This document shows positions 24,901-36,615 of a DNA stretch of 64,000 nucleotides, one piece after another. The notes below the pieces were generated by a model that ran no database searches, was not told where the DNA came from, and worked only from the letters and a program-made list of their open reading frames with translations. Every line of letters begins with the position of its first letter. Position 1 is the first letter of the stretch. Both the position numbers and the translations under genes were made by a program. Source of the stretch: Camelus dromedarius (Eukaryota); contig NC_087437.1 of the NCBI RefSeq assembly GCF_036321535.1, positions 31,498,001 to 31,562,000 of the forward strand. The letters run 5' to 3'.

Positions 24901-27126
24901 AACTCTGGCTTCAAAGGTGTGAGTTCACTCTGGAATAAGCTTCCAGAGCCCTCCAAGAAAAGGGAGCTAAGAAGGGTCTCAGAGGAGTTTCTAACCCATT
25001 CTGGGAACATCTTCCAGGCTTCAGAGAAAAGACAAGGCTCACACGATTTTGAGGAAAACAAAGGGGGCTGGTGGAGACTATCCAGTCCTCTGATTCGGGC
25101 CTGAACAAAAATAAATCGCATTATCCTCAGTTCTGAGCAAACTATGGGTCAAAGTAGAATAGAAATTAGTATTTGTAAAGGAGTTTGAAGAGTGTCAAGC
25201 ACCACTGCTAAAACTATTGAGAGAGAGAGAGATTCTTTAGTGAAAAATAGCACAGAGATCTTTGACTTTCAGTTCACAAAGCCGCCTGTTTTGAGGAAGT
25301 TTTGTCAGGCGGTATCAGCTAGAGAGGTGATTCACTGAATACAGGTGGTAATAAATGAGTGTTTGTCGAAGGGGTGTTTCTAAGTCCTCTCTGGGTATTT
25401 GCCTGGGTCCCGGGTGTGGCTGGCAGGTTTGGCTAGGCCTAATTAATTGGATTCAGTCGTGTGGGAAACCTCAGTAATGACTGTCAGTATGAACATTTCT
25501 TGCTGCTCTTTAACTGGCTTGGCACCAGGAAGACATGAAAATGTCATCTGAGCTTTCTGGGCGTTACGTATTCTGGGAGATGCAGGCGATACCATGTGAA
25601 TTTTCCCATTGGAAAAGATTTCTCAGCCTTGATTAAGTAATTACAGGAAGTAGATTCATCTTCATTGCCAAAGAAACTGTATTTCTCAAAATTCTCGGGG
25701 AAGCCTGCTACCCAATTGCTGAGATAGAAATTACATCTGGGCTTTCGCGAGCCAGTGCCGTGCCAAGGCTTTGGCGGATTAGACCCCCTTAATCATCATT
25801 AGAATCACCTTCACCAGTTCTCTAGCTGGACAAGGAGTGTTTTCTCAAGCTTAAAGTGTAGCATCTAAGACAAGTCTCCCAGCCGGCCCCTGCCTCCAGC
25901 TGCATGGCTGCCCCTGAGCCCACTCCACCGGCGGCAGTTCTGAAGTCAGCCCTGGGCCTCCGGATCTGAGGACACTGGGAAAATCAGCCATCACAGGCCG
26001 TCTGTCCCAAGATGGCCCGTTCGCCGGCTCTCTACTTCCTCCCATCAGCTAGACTGCCTCAAGGGGACCCATTCAGGCAGCCTTTCCTAGTGTTCCCTGC
26101 TCTGCTCTTAGCAAACCCAGGGACCTAAGTGAACCTCTGACTCCATGGAAGAATGTGATGGGACTGGGTGATCCTGTGTGGGGCGGAACCAGCGGCACCA
26201 GGTTCAGGAGAACTCTGCCCAGTTGGCCAAGTGGTTTCTTCTCAGGCCCAGGCTCTACCCATGGAAATTTCAGAATACTAACACTTAGCAAAGGTGCCTG
26301 AAAGTCACACGGGCCCCTTCCTCTGGGTGCAAAGCCCTGATCCCTCTAGACTGGGGCATTTGAGCGCGTGTCCTCTCCAAAGCTGGGAAGAAACTTGTAC
26401 GAAGGTGGGTGGGGGGTGCAGAGAGGCATTCAGATTTTGTTTCAATCACATGACTTCTAAGATGGACGAACCAAAGTTTATCTGGTAGGAGTCAAGATAA
26501 CTCCTTTTCATAGCATATATTTTCCAGACCTTTTCTAAAACACCCTTCTAAGAAAAATGAAGGACATATTTGTGTTTAAGAAATATACAAGATTTTGGAA
26601 AAAGGTAATGCTAGAATCTGGTCACATTGAAGATTCTCCAACTTATTTCCTTACAGGTTATCCAACATCCATCTGCCTGCCTTAAATTTTTCTGTCCAGG
26701 AAATACGAATTTTCCCACAAGTAACTTAGTTGCATAGGGGGAAAGGGGGTGGGGAGAGACAAATACTTCCCAGTATGTGGAATGAGGAATGAGGTTATGA
26801 ATCCAGCTCATATGACCCACTGGGGTGGTTTCTGAAGCAAAATGCCCTGTAGTTAAGACGGCTGTTCCTTGAAAAGGCTCATCTTGCCAAGCCCGGCTTT
26901 AAAGTGTCTTAACAATGCCTGCCTTTGAATGAATATCTCATAAGAACCCATGTCTCCACTCAGTTTTTCAGAGCCGAGGGCACAGTAGTGAGGACACGGC
27001 CTTCCCTGTAGTTTCTCAGTCCTCTGCATAACTGTCTGTCAAGGACTATGCCCTGGGTGACCCGTGCAGTTGTGACTATAGCCTCAGCCTGAGTCAAGTT
27101 TGTATTAGAAAAGCCAATATGGGATA

Positions 27127-27375
27127 TTGTCTTAAGTCAGCCTGGGTCCTCATAACAAAACACCACAGCTCGATGGCTTAAACAATAGAAACTTATTTTC
27201 TCACTGTTCTGTAGGCTTGAAGTCCAAGATCACGGTGCCAGCTTGGCCAGATTCTGGGGACAACTCTTCCTGGCCATCCGGCCATCCTCTTACTGTGTCA
27301 GAGGGAGAGAGAAGGAAAAGAGAACATGAGGACCTCTCCCAAGGACCACTCTCCAAATACCATCAGACTGCAGGG
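27127..27375 (-). mobile_element. MaLR LTR fragment (MLT1A/B-like)
   Basis: cataacaaaacaccacag...ggcttaaacaatagaaacttattttctcactgttctg...aagtccaagatcacggtgccagc. Confidence 0.8.
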
Positions 27376-29017
27376 CGCAAGGCTCACGATGGCGCCAGCC
27401 AGGTAGGGCCCAGCTGTTAGCACGGAAGGCTAACCGTATGCAGCCCAGAGTCCTTTATATTCATCTAGTATTTACCGAGCCACTACCATAAGCCAGGCTC
27501 AGGTCTAGAAGCAGCACAGCAGCCAAGAAAAATCATCAACACTCCCTGCCCTTAAGAGGCTTCCAATTATGTATCGCATCAAGTCTGGCCCTCAATAATT
27601 CCGACCCAGAAATAGAGGTGTTGAAAAGCTAAGGTGTGAGCACTCTATCAGTGCTGCGTTTTTTTAAACGAACATTGTTTAATGTTTCCTCCCTTTGTAA
27701 AGTTTTAGACACTCCAGGAGTACATGCTGTTCAGAAGCGGGGCTGCCCAGGGTAGGAGCAGAGGACCGTGAGCCTCACCCCACGAGAGCTGCTTGGCTCT
27801 GTGGCTGACACGCTTGCTGTCTGACTGTCGGGCTGCACCCTGCAGGCCTGCAAGCCTGTAGTTGCCCGGCCTCAAGACAGAAGAAAGAGCCCGGAGACAG
27901 TGACAGAGACATCAGTGGCTTACTGGACAGGAGATCTTACACAAAGGGCCCTGGAGCGTCTGTACCGCAGACAGCGGACAGAACATGACAGCGGCCTTCA
28001 CTACTCTGGGGAGGAGGAGGCTACCATTTATAGGGGGAACTGTCATCAGGTGGGCCCAGTTAAGAGGAACTAATTAAGCCCTATCATTAAGAGGATTGGA
28101 TAGTCATGTGAGAGAAGCAGAACCCACTCAAGCTGGGGGTATACAGACAGCAAGAAAATAGCCATCTTGAGTGGTCTAACTGAACAGTGGCCCTGGACCG
28201 GAGGTCCCACCGTGTGCCCATCTTCACTGACAAAGCAGGGATGATGCCATTTGCCTGCCTCCCAGACACTTGTGTGAATCACCCACCAGTCAGAGACTGG
28301 AAAGTCCACTTAGATTGAAGGACACGTAAATGGGCTTTGCATCTTGACTTCGTGCAGCAAACTTGCTCCCTGCCTTTCAGGAGATCTGCGGTAAACACAG
28401 GACCGTGTAATTAACCTGATGTCAACACTAGCTGAACAAAGGCACGGGGTCGAGGAGGGCCAGGTGGCCCAAAAGCGAGACATTTGGGCAGGCTTTGGGA
28501 GACAAGGAGTCTTTTTCTCTGGCTCCTTATTCAAATCCCTTCAAGGGAGGAATGACCTACCAAATGTGGGCAAACAGTTCCCAGTATCGGTGCGTTTCAT
28601 TCACACAGAAAAAAACAAAGTTACCCCGGCAGGCATTTATTTTCCAAGAAGCCATGAGGAGCCAGCAGCTGTGGGCACTTGTCCAGATACTTCAAGTGGA
28701 AGCTGCCATTACCTGAATTACCCCCAACAAATTCTCTGATACGGTGATGTTGGCTGTGCTAAGTAGGGCGTGGAAGAGGCACTGTGTTTGGTCCTGTGAC
28801 TACTCGCAGATATGGGGGAGGGGTGGAAGTTAATGGTTAAATTTGTATCTCCCACTTTATCCAGTTTTTCTTCACTCGGAGAAATTATAAATATTGTGAT
28901 GAGACAATTTATAATGAATAAAGCAACTTCAAAACAGAAAGCATGAAAGAAAGCCATGTTGTTTTCATAGTAATAAAAAATGCAAAGGTGAACTCCATGT
29001 GAAGTTAAGACATAAAG

Positions 29018-29964
29018 ATCACAATAAGATATCACTTTAAGGGGGGAGGGCATAGCTCAGTGGTAGAGTGTGTGCTTAACATGCACGAGGTCCTGGGTTC
29101 AATCCCCAGCACCTCCATTAAATAAATAAATAAATAAGCCTAATTACCTCCCCCACCCCAAACAAAACAAAAAGATTTCACCTTACAACTGTCAGAATGG
29201 CTATCATCAAAAAGATTACAAATAACAAATGTGGGTGAGGATGTGGAGAAAATGGAACCCTCTGACACTGTTGGTGGGAATGTAAATCGGTGCAGCTACA
29301 TTGGAAAACAGTGTGGCAGTTTCTCAAAAACTGAAAATAATATGGCCAAACAATTCCACTCCTGGATATATATCTGAAAAAAATGAAAACACTAATTTGA
29401 AAAGATACTTACACTCCAATGTTCATAGCAGCATTATTTACAATTGCTAAGATATGGAAGCAACCTATGTCTATCAACAAATGAATGGATAAAGGTATGG
29501 TGTGTGTATAAACACACACACACACACGCACACACACATACTACTCAGCCATAAAAAAGAATGGAATCTTGCCACTTGCAACAACATGGATGGACTTTGA
29601 GGGCATTATGCTTAGTGAAAAAAGTCAAAGACAAACACTGTATGATATCACTTATACGTGGAGTCTGAAAAGGAAAACAAACTAGTGAAAATACCAAGAA
29701 GGAAACAGACCCACAGGCACAGGGAACAAGCTAGTGGTTACCAGTGGGGCGGTGAGGGGGGAGGGGTGGGCGGGGGGAGGGCACTGAGAAATGCAAACTA
29801 CTATGTATAAAATAAACTACAAAATATATTGTGCCACCCAGGGAATATAGCCAATATTTTATAATAACTACAAATAGAGTGTAACCTTTGAAAATTGTGA
29901 ATCACTGTGTTGTATGCCTGTAACTTACATAACATTAAACATCAACTATACCCCAATTTAAAAC
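29018..29964 (+). mobile_element. 5'-truncated L1 (ORF2 end + 3'UTR) carrying a nested SINE
   Basis: gtcagaatggctatcatcaaaaag...gacactgttggtgggaatgtaaa..., G-rich 3'UTR tract, ends catcaactataccccaattt. 11-bp TSD aagacataaag at 29007-29017 and 29965-29975. Confidence 0.9.
29041..29171 (+). mobile_element. tRNA-Ala-derived SINE (Vic-1-like), copy 2, nested in L1
   Basis: gggggagggcatagctcagtggtagag...gggttcaatccccagcacctcca(taaa)n cctaattacc with intact A and B boxes. Degenerate TSD aagatatcacttta (29026-29039) / aagatttcacctta (29172-29185). Confidence 0.9.
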
Positions 29965-32318
29965 AAGACATAAAGGGCTTAAAGATGGTCAGAGCGAGAT
30001 GTGGTATCACGAAGGGATTGTCTCCCCAAGACATTCCCACAATTGAAAGGAAACTCTTTTTATTTAGCCAACATGTTACCCCTCTTTACCTTAGAATGAA
30101 TGAAAAGCTTACCCCAAGGAAGGTAAAACAACCTAGCAAAGGAGGAAATGGTTTTGGCTTAAAACAACTCTAAATTGGGAGCTGAACCTCTCACTAATGT
30201 GTGACTAAGGGCCGACAGCCCACCTGTCCCTCTTTCCCTCCTCCTCTCCTTTCTGTCCTCCACTTTCCCCTCTCCCAGCTCTTAACCGGGATTAGCAGTT
30301 TTAGGGCTTTAAGGAAAAGTGTCACTTTCTTTGACCTCTCTGTCGTCTGAGGTATTCCAAGCATGTCACCTGCCCAGTGTGACTGAACAGTGACAGGGCA
30401 GAGCTCCAGGTCTGGCTCTGGGAGGAAGGTCTCATCACTCTGTAGCCACAGTGCATTGTTTTGGGGGATTATCAGCTTCCAGAGAGGAAGCCAGGCAGGC
30501 GAGTGACCCCACAGGAATGCGAGTGTGTGACAGGTGACTCTGGGTAAGTGTCACAGTAAGCCAGCTTCCACTATGGCAAAGCCATCCCTTCCAGAAGGCC
30601 AGGCAGGCTCACCGTGGAATCAGGTGCTTTGCAGCCTTCTTAGGACCAGGCGTCTGACCGCATGCATGTGTAAAAAATGCTGGGAAGTTTCCTGGAAGAT
30701 TCCTGAGGTGAGGAGGGCAAGAACAAAACAACCAAACCAGACACCGCTCACTGCCTTTCCCTCGGGTCCACGCGTCCTCTCCTCACGGGTCCCAGATTCC
30801 CCGCCGACTTCAGAGCCGTTGCAGCACATCCATCCCCACCCTCCAGGAGTTGTCCTCTGCCCTGGATCCACTGAGTAACAACTAGATGATGCTGAATTCT
30901 GACTTCTGCCCTAAACAGTTGGCAGAGCTGAGTTCTGAACTCTGCTGTTTGTTTGTTTTTCCTCCTCTCTGTATTGTGTGTGTTTGGGGGTAGGGTCATT
31001 CTTTGTAGGCTGGTCTGTTTTCCATTCAAAGGTTAACTGATGAATAAATAAACATAGGGAGTGGAGAATTCTCACTGGGGGTGTTAGTGCATCAGACTGA
31101 TGAGTCAAGAACACTGAGCCTCAGAAACTAATGACAAGGACCACACATCACTCTGTAAACGTGCTTACATCCCTGCGTCTGTTGTGAGTGCCCCCACACT
31201 CTTGAAAAGCAGACCTTCCAGAATCGCAGCATACCGGGCCCAGGGTTTCTCTCCTCACCCTGATGAGGAGCTGTGCTGACACAATTTTCTGCACCAAACA
31301 TGCAGCCCGGCCGGAGGGCTGGGTGGATATGCTCCCACTCTATGGTTTTCCCAGTCATCACACTCTTCCTATGCTCGGACTAGCAAGTCCTTCTGCACTT
31401 TTTGGAAGCACATCTGTTTCAGCTGGAGTTAACGCTACAATGCCACCAACAGTGTTAATTGTGGTCCAGGCAGTCGGCCTGTTCGTGGACACACCTCATG
31501 GACTCAGGGGCAGGGTCCAGATGATGAGTTTTGTCCAGGCAAAAGGAGAGTCACTATGCTTATCTGTCATCGGGGTGCTGGCTTAACACTAGGTTTTTCT
31601 AGTGTAGTTTTTTCGCCTTCCCAAAAAAGGTAGCATCAGCTTTCAGAATCTTTAAAAAAATACCAAGCATAGGTTACCATAGGGATCATTACATTTCTTA
31701 TTTTGAAAATTGAACAGAATTACAAAAAGGCAAGGCAATACGTAGATCCTTATAGAAGCTACGTAAAAGGCACAGGGAGAGTTATTATACTATTTTCTAT
31801 ACTTTTATGTGTGTTTGGAAGCATTTAAACACATTTTTTTTAAAGAGACTCTAAACACCCATTTGAAATGATACAAAGGCAATTGACATGTACAAATTCC
31901 TACTCAAGTGCTACGTAGATTCTCACTAACCGAACACTCAGCCCTGGATCTGAGAATCTTACATGCGTGATTTCCAAGCCTCACCACAACCCTGCAAAAA
32001 CAGGATAATTAGTCCAATTTATAGGTGAGACTCACAGAGGCTAAATGATTAGCTCCAGGCACTTATTAAGTAACAGAGTCAAGACTGGAACACAGAGCTG
32101 TCTTTCCTTAAGGAGCAGAACTTTCCACAAGTTCACACAAACTTCAGCTTTGTGTGGGGGCAGAATGCATGACTTCCTAGACCAGTGATTCCCAAGGTCA
32201 GGAGGAAGGCGGGCAAAGCTATGTTTACCCCCAGGCAACTCCAATGGCAAGAGAATTTGGGGAATTCTCCAATACTCTTTGATTTGAGGTTCTTGGATCC
32301 CCTGCCACAACCCACACC

Positions 32319-32401
32319 AGAAAAAAAAAAAAAAAAAAAAAAGGAAGGAAGGAAGGAAGGAAGGAAGAAAGAAAGAAAAGGAAAGAGAAGAGAAGAAAAG
32401 A
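32319..32401 (+). repeat. Compound purine microsatellite: poly-A, (GGAA)n, (GAAA)n
   Basis: About 80 bp of uninterrupted purines. Confidence 0.95.
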
Positions 32402-34902
32402 CGAGCCTTGTTCCTCCAAAGTATCTCCTCTTTAGATGTTGTCTTTTAAAAACTTCCTGCTTCTGGGTAGCATAAAGCATTACAACGCATTCCTAATTCT
32501 TTCCCTTTGAGTTAATTTATTATGTAGCTTCATTTTTTTCCCTGTTGTGAGAGAATGACTTAAGAGGAGGGACATCTGGAGCAGGGAAGTAGCTGAGAGG
32601 TGATAAAAGTTTGCAAAAAAGGAAAGTGGGGAAAGGTCCTTTCCTTTGCAATGCTGTCCAAGCAGCAGCCAGCACCACACCGTTATGGGTGTAGATTTGA
32701 TCTTTATACATTGTAAAGTCTAAAAATAAAAGAACTATCTTTGAAAGCGAACACTGTGCCCCTCGTTTTTGTGGAGGATTTGAATCTAGTGACTAAGTCT
32801 ATTTTTCCAAGGCCGATTTCGATATCTGCATTTTCTTCCTCGATGCCTCTCCCCTGCCTGGTGCAGTGAGTGTTGGCTGAATGGAAGCAAGGGTCAGTTC
32901 CAGGCCAGAAAGAACAATGGGTGTATTAGAATTGCCAAGGGTCAGAAACCGAAGCATTTCACATTGTAGGTCTGAGTTCCAGGAAACCATGAAATTCCTG
33001 AGCTCTTTGGAGATACTGGCATTCGAAGAGGCGTGGATGATTTCAGCTTTGTTTCAGGCCTCGGGGGACTGCATCAAGTCCTGAAAATCTGCAAGAATGA
33101 ACACATACACACAGACACTCACACACACCCTACCTGTGAAAACCAAGTCGTCTCAGCGACTCTTAGCGGTCTTGATAAATGTTTATCTTTCCCAATACCA
33201 TATCCACTCTTGCTCTGAAGGGTTCAGAAGGGGCTCTTAATATGCCACTGTGAGAGAAGAAAACCAACACTGGATCTTCCCCCAACGTGCCGGCTGTCAA
33301 GGCTAATTCAAACCCATGGCTTCTTCTCTCAACCAGCTGAACCAAGGGCAGGGGAGTAAATGGGAGCTGGGGCCTCAAGACTTCCTGCATCTGACCTCAA
33401 GTCCAAAGACGATAACCTTCAAAGAAAGAATTCTTTGAATGTGTCCATGTCATCCTGAGACAGAGGATGAAGGTGGCTGAGGCCGACAGGCACCCAGAGC
33501 AGCAGTAGATCTTGCATCCTTCCAGCCAGGATGCCAGCTTGGCTGGAAAAGTGTAGCTGTAGGACTCAGACACACCACGGAGACATGGGGTCCATGATTA
33601 GCAGTCGCTCTGAGAAAGACTGCATGGTCAGCCACTGTCCCAGACTTCCCCTCCTGGGCCCTGGCCGGGGACTCTGAGGGCATCCAATAGGGCATTGGCG
33701 GTTCCAATAGACAACCCCCTCAGAACCATTTATAAAGTTCTACACCCTGAGAGGCCCACGCCTTTGAGAATACAGAATCTCAGATCGAGAAGGCATCCCA
33801 GGGCTATCTTATCATGCCTGGTCAGGGGATAGGATAGATCTTGTAAGTAAACTCTCCACTTTTCGTTTTAAGCCCTAAGAAGTCTCTGGTAAGCCACTTT
33901 TGAAGGAAGCATTTCTAAACGATGTTATCTACTAACCTGTTTTATTAAACAGGTGTTAACCAACATAGAACGCTTTCATAAGAACTTGACATCACCCTTA
34001 AACTTCAGTTTTCCCATTTATAAAGTGGAGAAAACAATAGCCCTGACCTAACAGGGCTATTGTCATCAGTGAATGAGACACAACATGTAAAGTGCCCCGT
34101 ACAGCGCCTTACCCATTATCAGTGTTAAATAAACAGCAGCAAGAGTCGGGAACCACCGTGGTCCCAGCAACTCCAGCCATCAGACAGCTCCTTGGCTGGC
34201 AACACCATGACTCTCCAACAGCCCCCTGCCACACCCCTGTTAATCCTGTTGTTTCTTATCTACTGTGGACTGGGAAAGTAGAAAAATCAAGCATGTCCAG
34301 AAATATGTTCATATGCTCGATTAGAATCAACAGATCTCCAAATGAGTGGTTAAATGTATAGCTATGTGAGTGCTTTATCTGTTTTGCAGAAACTTTTCCC
34401 CCACCCAGGAATACAGTCCGTGTTTTGAAGGGTTGAATATATCATAAATCAGTCCTCCAGAGTCTAGATGAGTAAGCTGTTACTGTACCTATTACTCCCT
34501 ACAGATACAAGGTCATATTTCTTTTTAATACAGTAGTTTTAATTAGCTATCTTTAAGGTCTTGCTGGGAAGTTACTCTCTTTCCACTTCCTGGCAAAGAG
34601 ACACACCAGAGTGCCAGAAGTGATGTATTATGATCAAAATAAACCAAAGCCATGGCTCCTCTGAGGACCATCTGGATTTAGAGATATCAGATGCTTATTA
34701 ACCCAGGAGAAATCTCTAGTCTTGACTGTGCAAAACAAATCTTACAGAGGAACGTCTACCTCTGGCTCTGTAAGAAGGGGTAATGGAAAACAATGATGTG
34801 TTTCTGGGTTGGCAGTTTGACATTGCCCATCTTCATCATAAAGGGGTGAGTGTAATGTGATGTAATCGTCTGTTATGAAACCAGACAGACACAAACGTGC
34901 TT

Positions 34903-35345
34903 TTGTAGTGAACTGTGGTTGATGTCTGCCAGCTCAGCACCATTCACCCTCCTTTTGGTAACAGCACTCCAGTCCAGGGATGGGTATGTGACTTGGGTCT
35001 GGCTGATCAGAGCACTGTATCTGAAAGGGATCCAATGATTGGTCCAGCGATAAATATTTCAGTCTACGGAAGCCCCACTGGGATTTTTGTTGGTGCTAAC
35101 AGATAAGAGGCAGTTTCCTTCTCTTAAACTGGAGATGCAAGCCTTGAACAGTGAGTGGTCATCTTGCTATCACAAGAGGAAAGCTGATTTGAGAATGAGA
35201 CGGAATCTTGTGGACATCATGTATGCACTTTTATTCAGCCATAGCAAGATTTCTCAGTTATATCGGCTAGTAGACATATTCTCTTTTATTGTTTTCCACC
35301 CCCTTGGGACCATTTGAGTTGGAAGTGAAAGATTTCTGACCGTGC
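34903..35345 (+). mobile_element. Old MaLR LTR (MLT1J/K/L-like)
   Basis: ctccttttggtaacagcactcc...ccagggatgggtatgtgacttgggtctggctgatcagagc...ccatttgagttgga. Confidence 0.55.
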
Positions 35346-35383
35346 GTTCTGATAACATGCAGTTCTTAGCTCTGTGTTACCTC

Positions 35384-35930
35384 ATGGTAGCCAGCCTCCA
35401 AGATGGCCCCCAGTGAACTTTACTCCCTAGGAATCACATCCTTGAGGACTCCTCTCCTAAACTGAATTTGGGCTGGTCTGTGTGACTATAGAATACAGCA
35501 GAAGTAATGGTGTGTGACTTCCAAGGTTAGGTCAAAAAATGCACTGCAGCTTCTGCCTTGGTCATTTGAGTCTCTCATTCTGGAGGAAGCCAGCCACAGA
35601 GTTGGGAGAACACTCAGGAAGCCTGTGTAAGAAAGTCCACACTAAGAGCATTCAGGCTTCCTATCATCAGCCAGCACCAATTAGCCAGGCATGTGCGTGA
35701 GCCACCTTGGAAAGACCCTCCAGCCCCACTTAAGCCTTCAGATGATTGCAGCCCAGCTGACATCTTGACTGCAACCTCATAAGAGATCCTAAGCTAGAAC
35801 TACCCTACCAACTTGATCCCCAAATTCCAGACCCACTATGGAAAACTGTGAGGGATAATAAATAATTATTGTTGTATCAGGACACTAGGTTTTAGAGTAA
35901 TTTGGAGTAACACAGCATTAGATACTAGAC
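35384..35930 (+). mobile_element. MaLR solo LTR (MLT1E/F-like)
   Basis: tggtagccagcctccaagatggccccca...aagccttcagatgattgcagcccagctgacatcttgactgcaacctcat...aaactgtgagggataataaat. Confidence 0.85.
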
Positions 35931-36434
35931 CTCTTTTGTTACTTCTCATGTTCTGGCCCCTGTGAGAAAAATAGGAAAACAGGATATTAACTCATACATC
36001 CCAGGCTCTAGTCCCTCAAAGTCTCACTCAGTTTCTCTGAGTTCCCAGGAGGGAAGTGATTATCACAGCAGAGTCCCTCCCACCACGTGCCCTCACCTCC
36101 TAAGCTACCAGCATCACCTCTGCTAGGCACCACCATCACCTCCCCAGGGATCAGTGCCTCTGCCAGGTGATGGGCTGTGCCCTGGCCCAGAGGCCTCCTC
36201 CACAGTAGCCTTCCCGTTCCAGTAGGAGACCGCAAGCCTCCTGGACTCTTTTGTGAGCTCAGGGCTCACTGTGTCCTCTGCAGTAATGGGGCTGCTTCTT
36301 GTCCTCTATGTCACTTTAACCTTTGACTGCCCATGAAGTTTGGAATGTGAAATTCTGTACATACCATATGATCTCAGAGCCCCAGCTTGGCCATTTTCTC
36401 CTTATTGGAACAAATAACTTTTCTTTGAAGCAGA

Positions 36435-36615
36435 GAGGCCTAATAGAATTTTTTACAAAATGGGAATGATCTATATCTTCACCATTCAACACAGTAGCCA
36501 CTAGCCACATGAGGTCACTGATCACTTGAAATATGAGTAGTGTGATATGAGTTGAATTTTTAATTATATTTAAAAAGTTACACATGACTAATGGCTTCTG
36601 TAGACAGTACTGCTT
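36435..36615. mobile_element. MER3-like hAT-Charlie MITE
   Basis: aatagaatt...cagtagccactagccacatg...cacttgaaatatgagtagtgtga...cacatgactaatggct...gacagtactg. Confidence 0.75.

Noticed and set aside
29044..29117. Apparent tRNA genes (also at 23411 and 39812-39900)
   Set aside because: Acceptor stems are mispaired, and each is followed by a SINE body and tail and flanked by TSDs, so these are SINE heads.
29745..29782. G-quadruplex-capable tract
   Set aside because: It is the known G-rich tract of the L1 3'UTR and is explained by the element.
32185..32475. Lys/Arg/Glu-rich 96-aa ORF
   Set aside because: Translation of the purine microsatellite.
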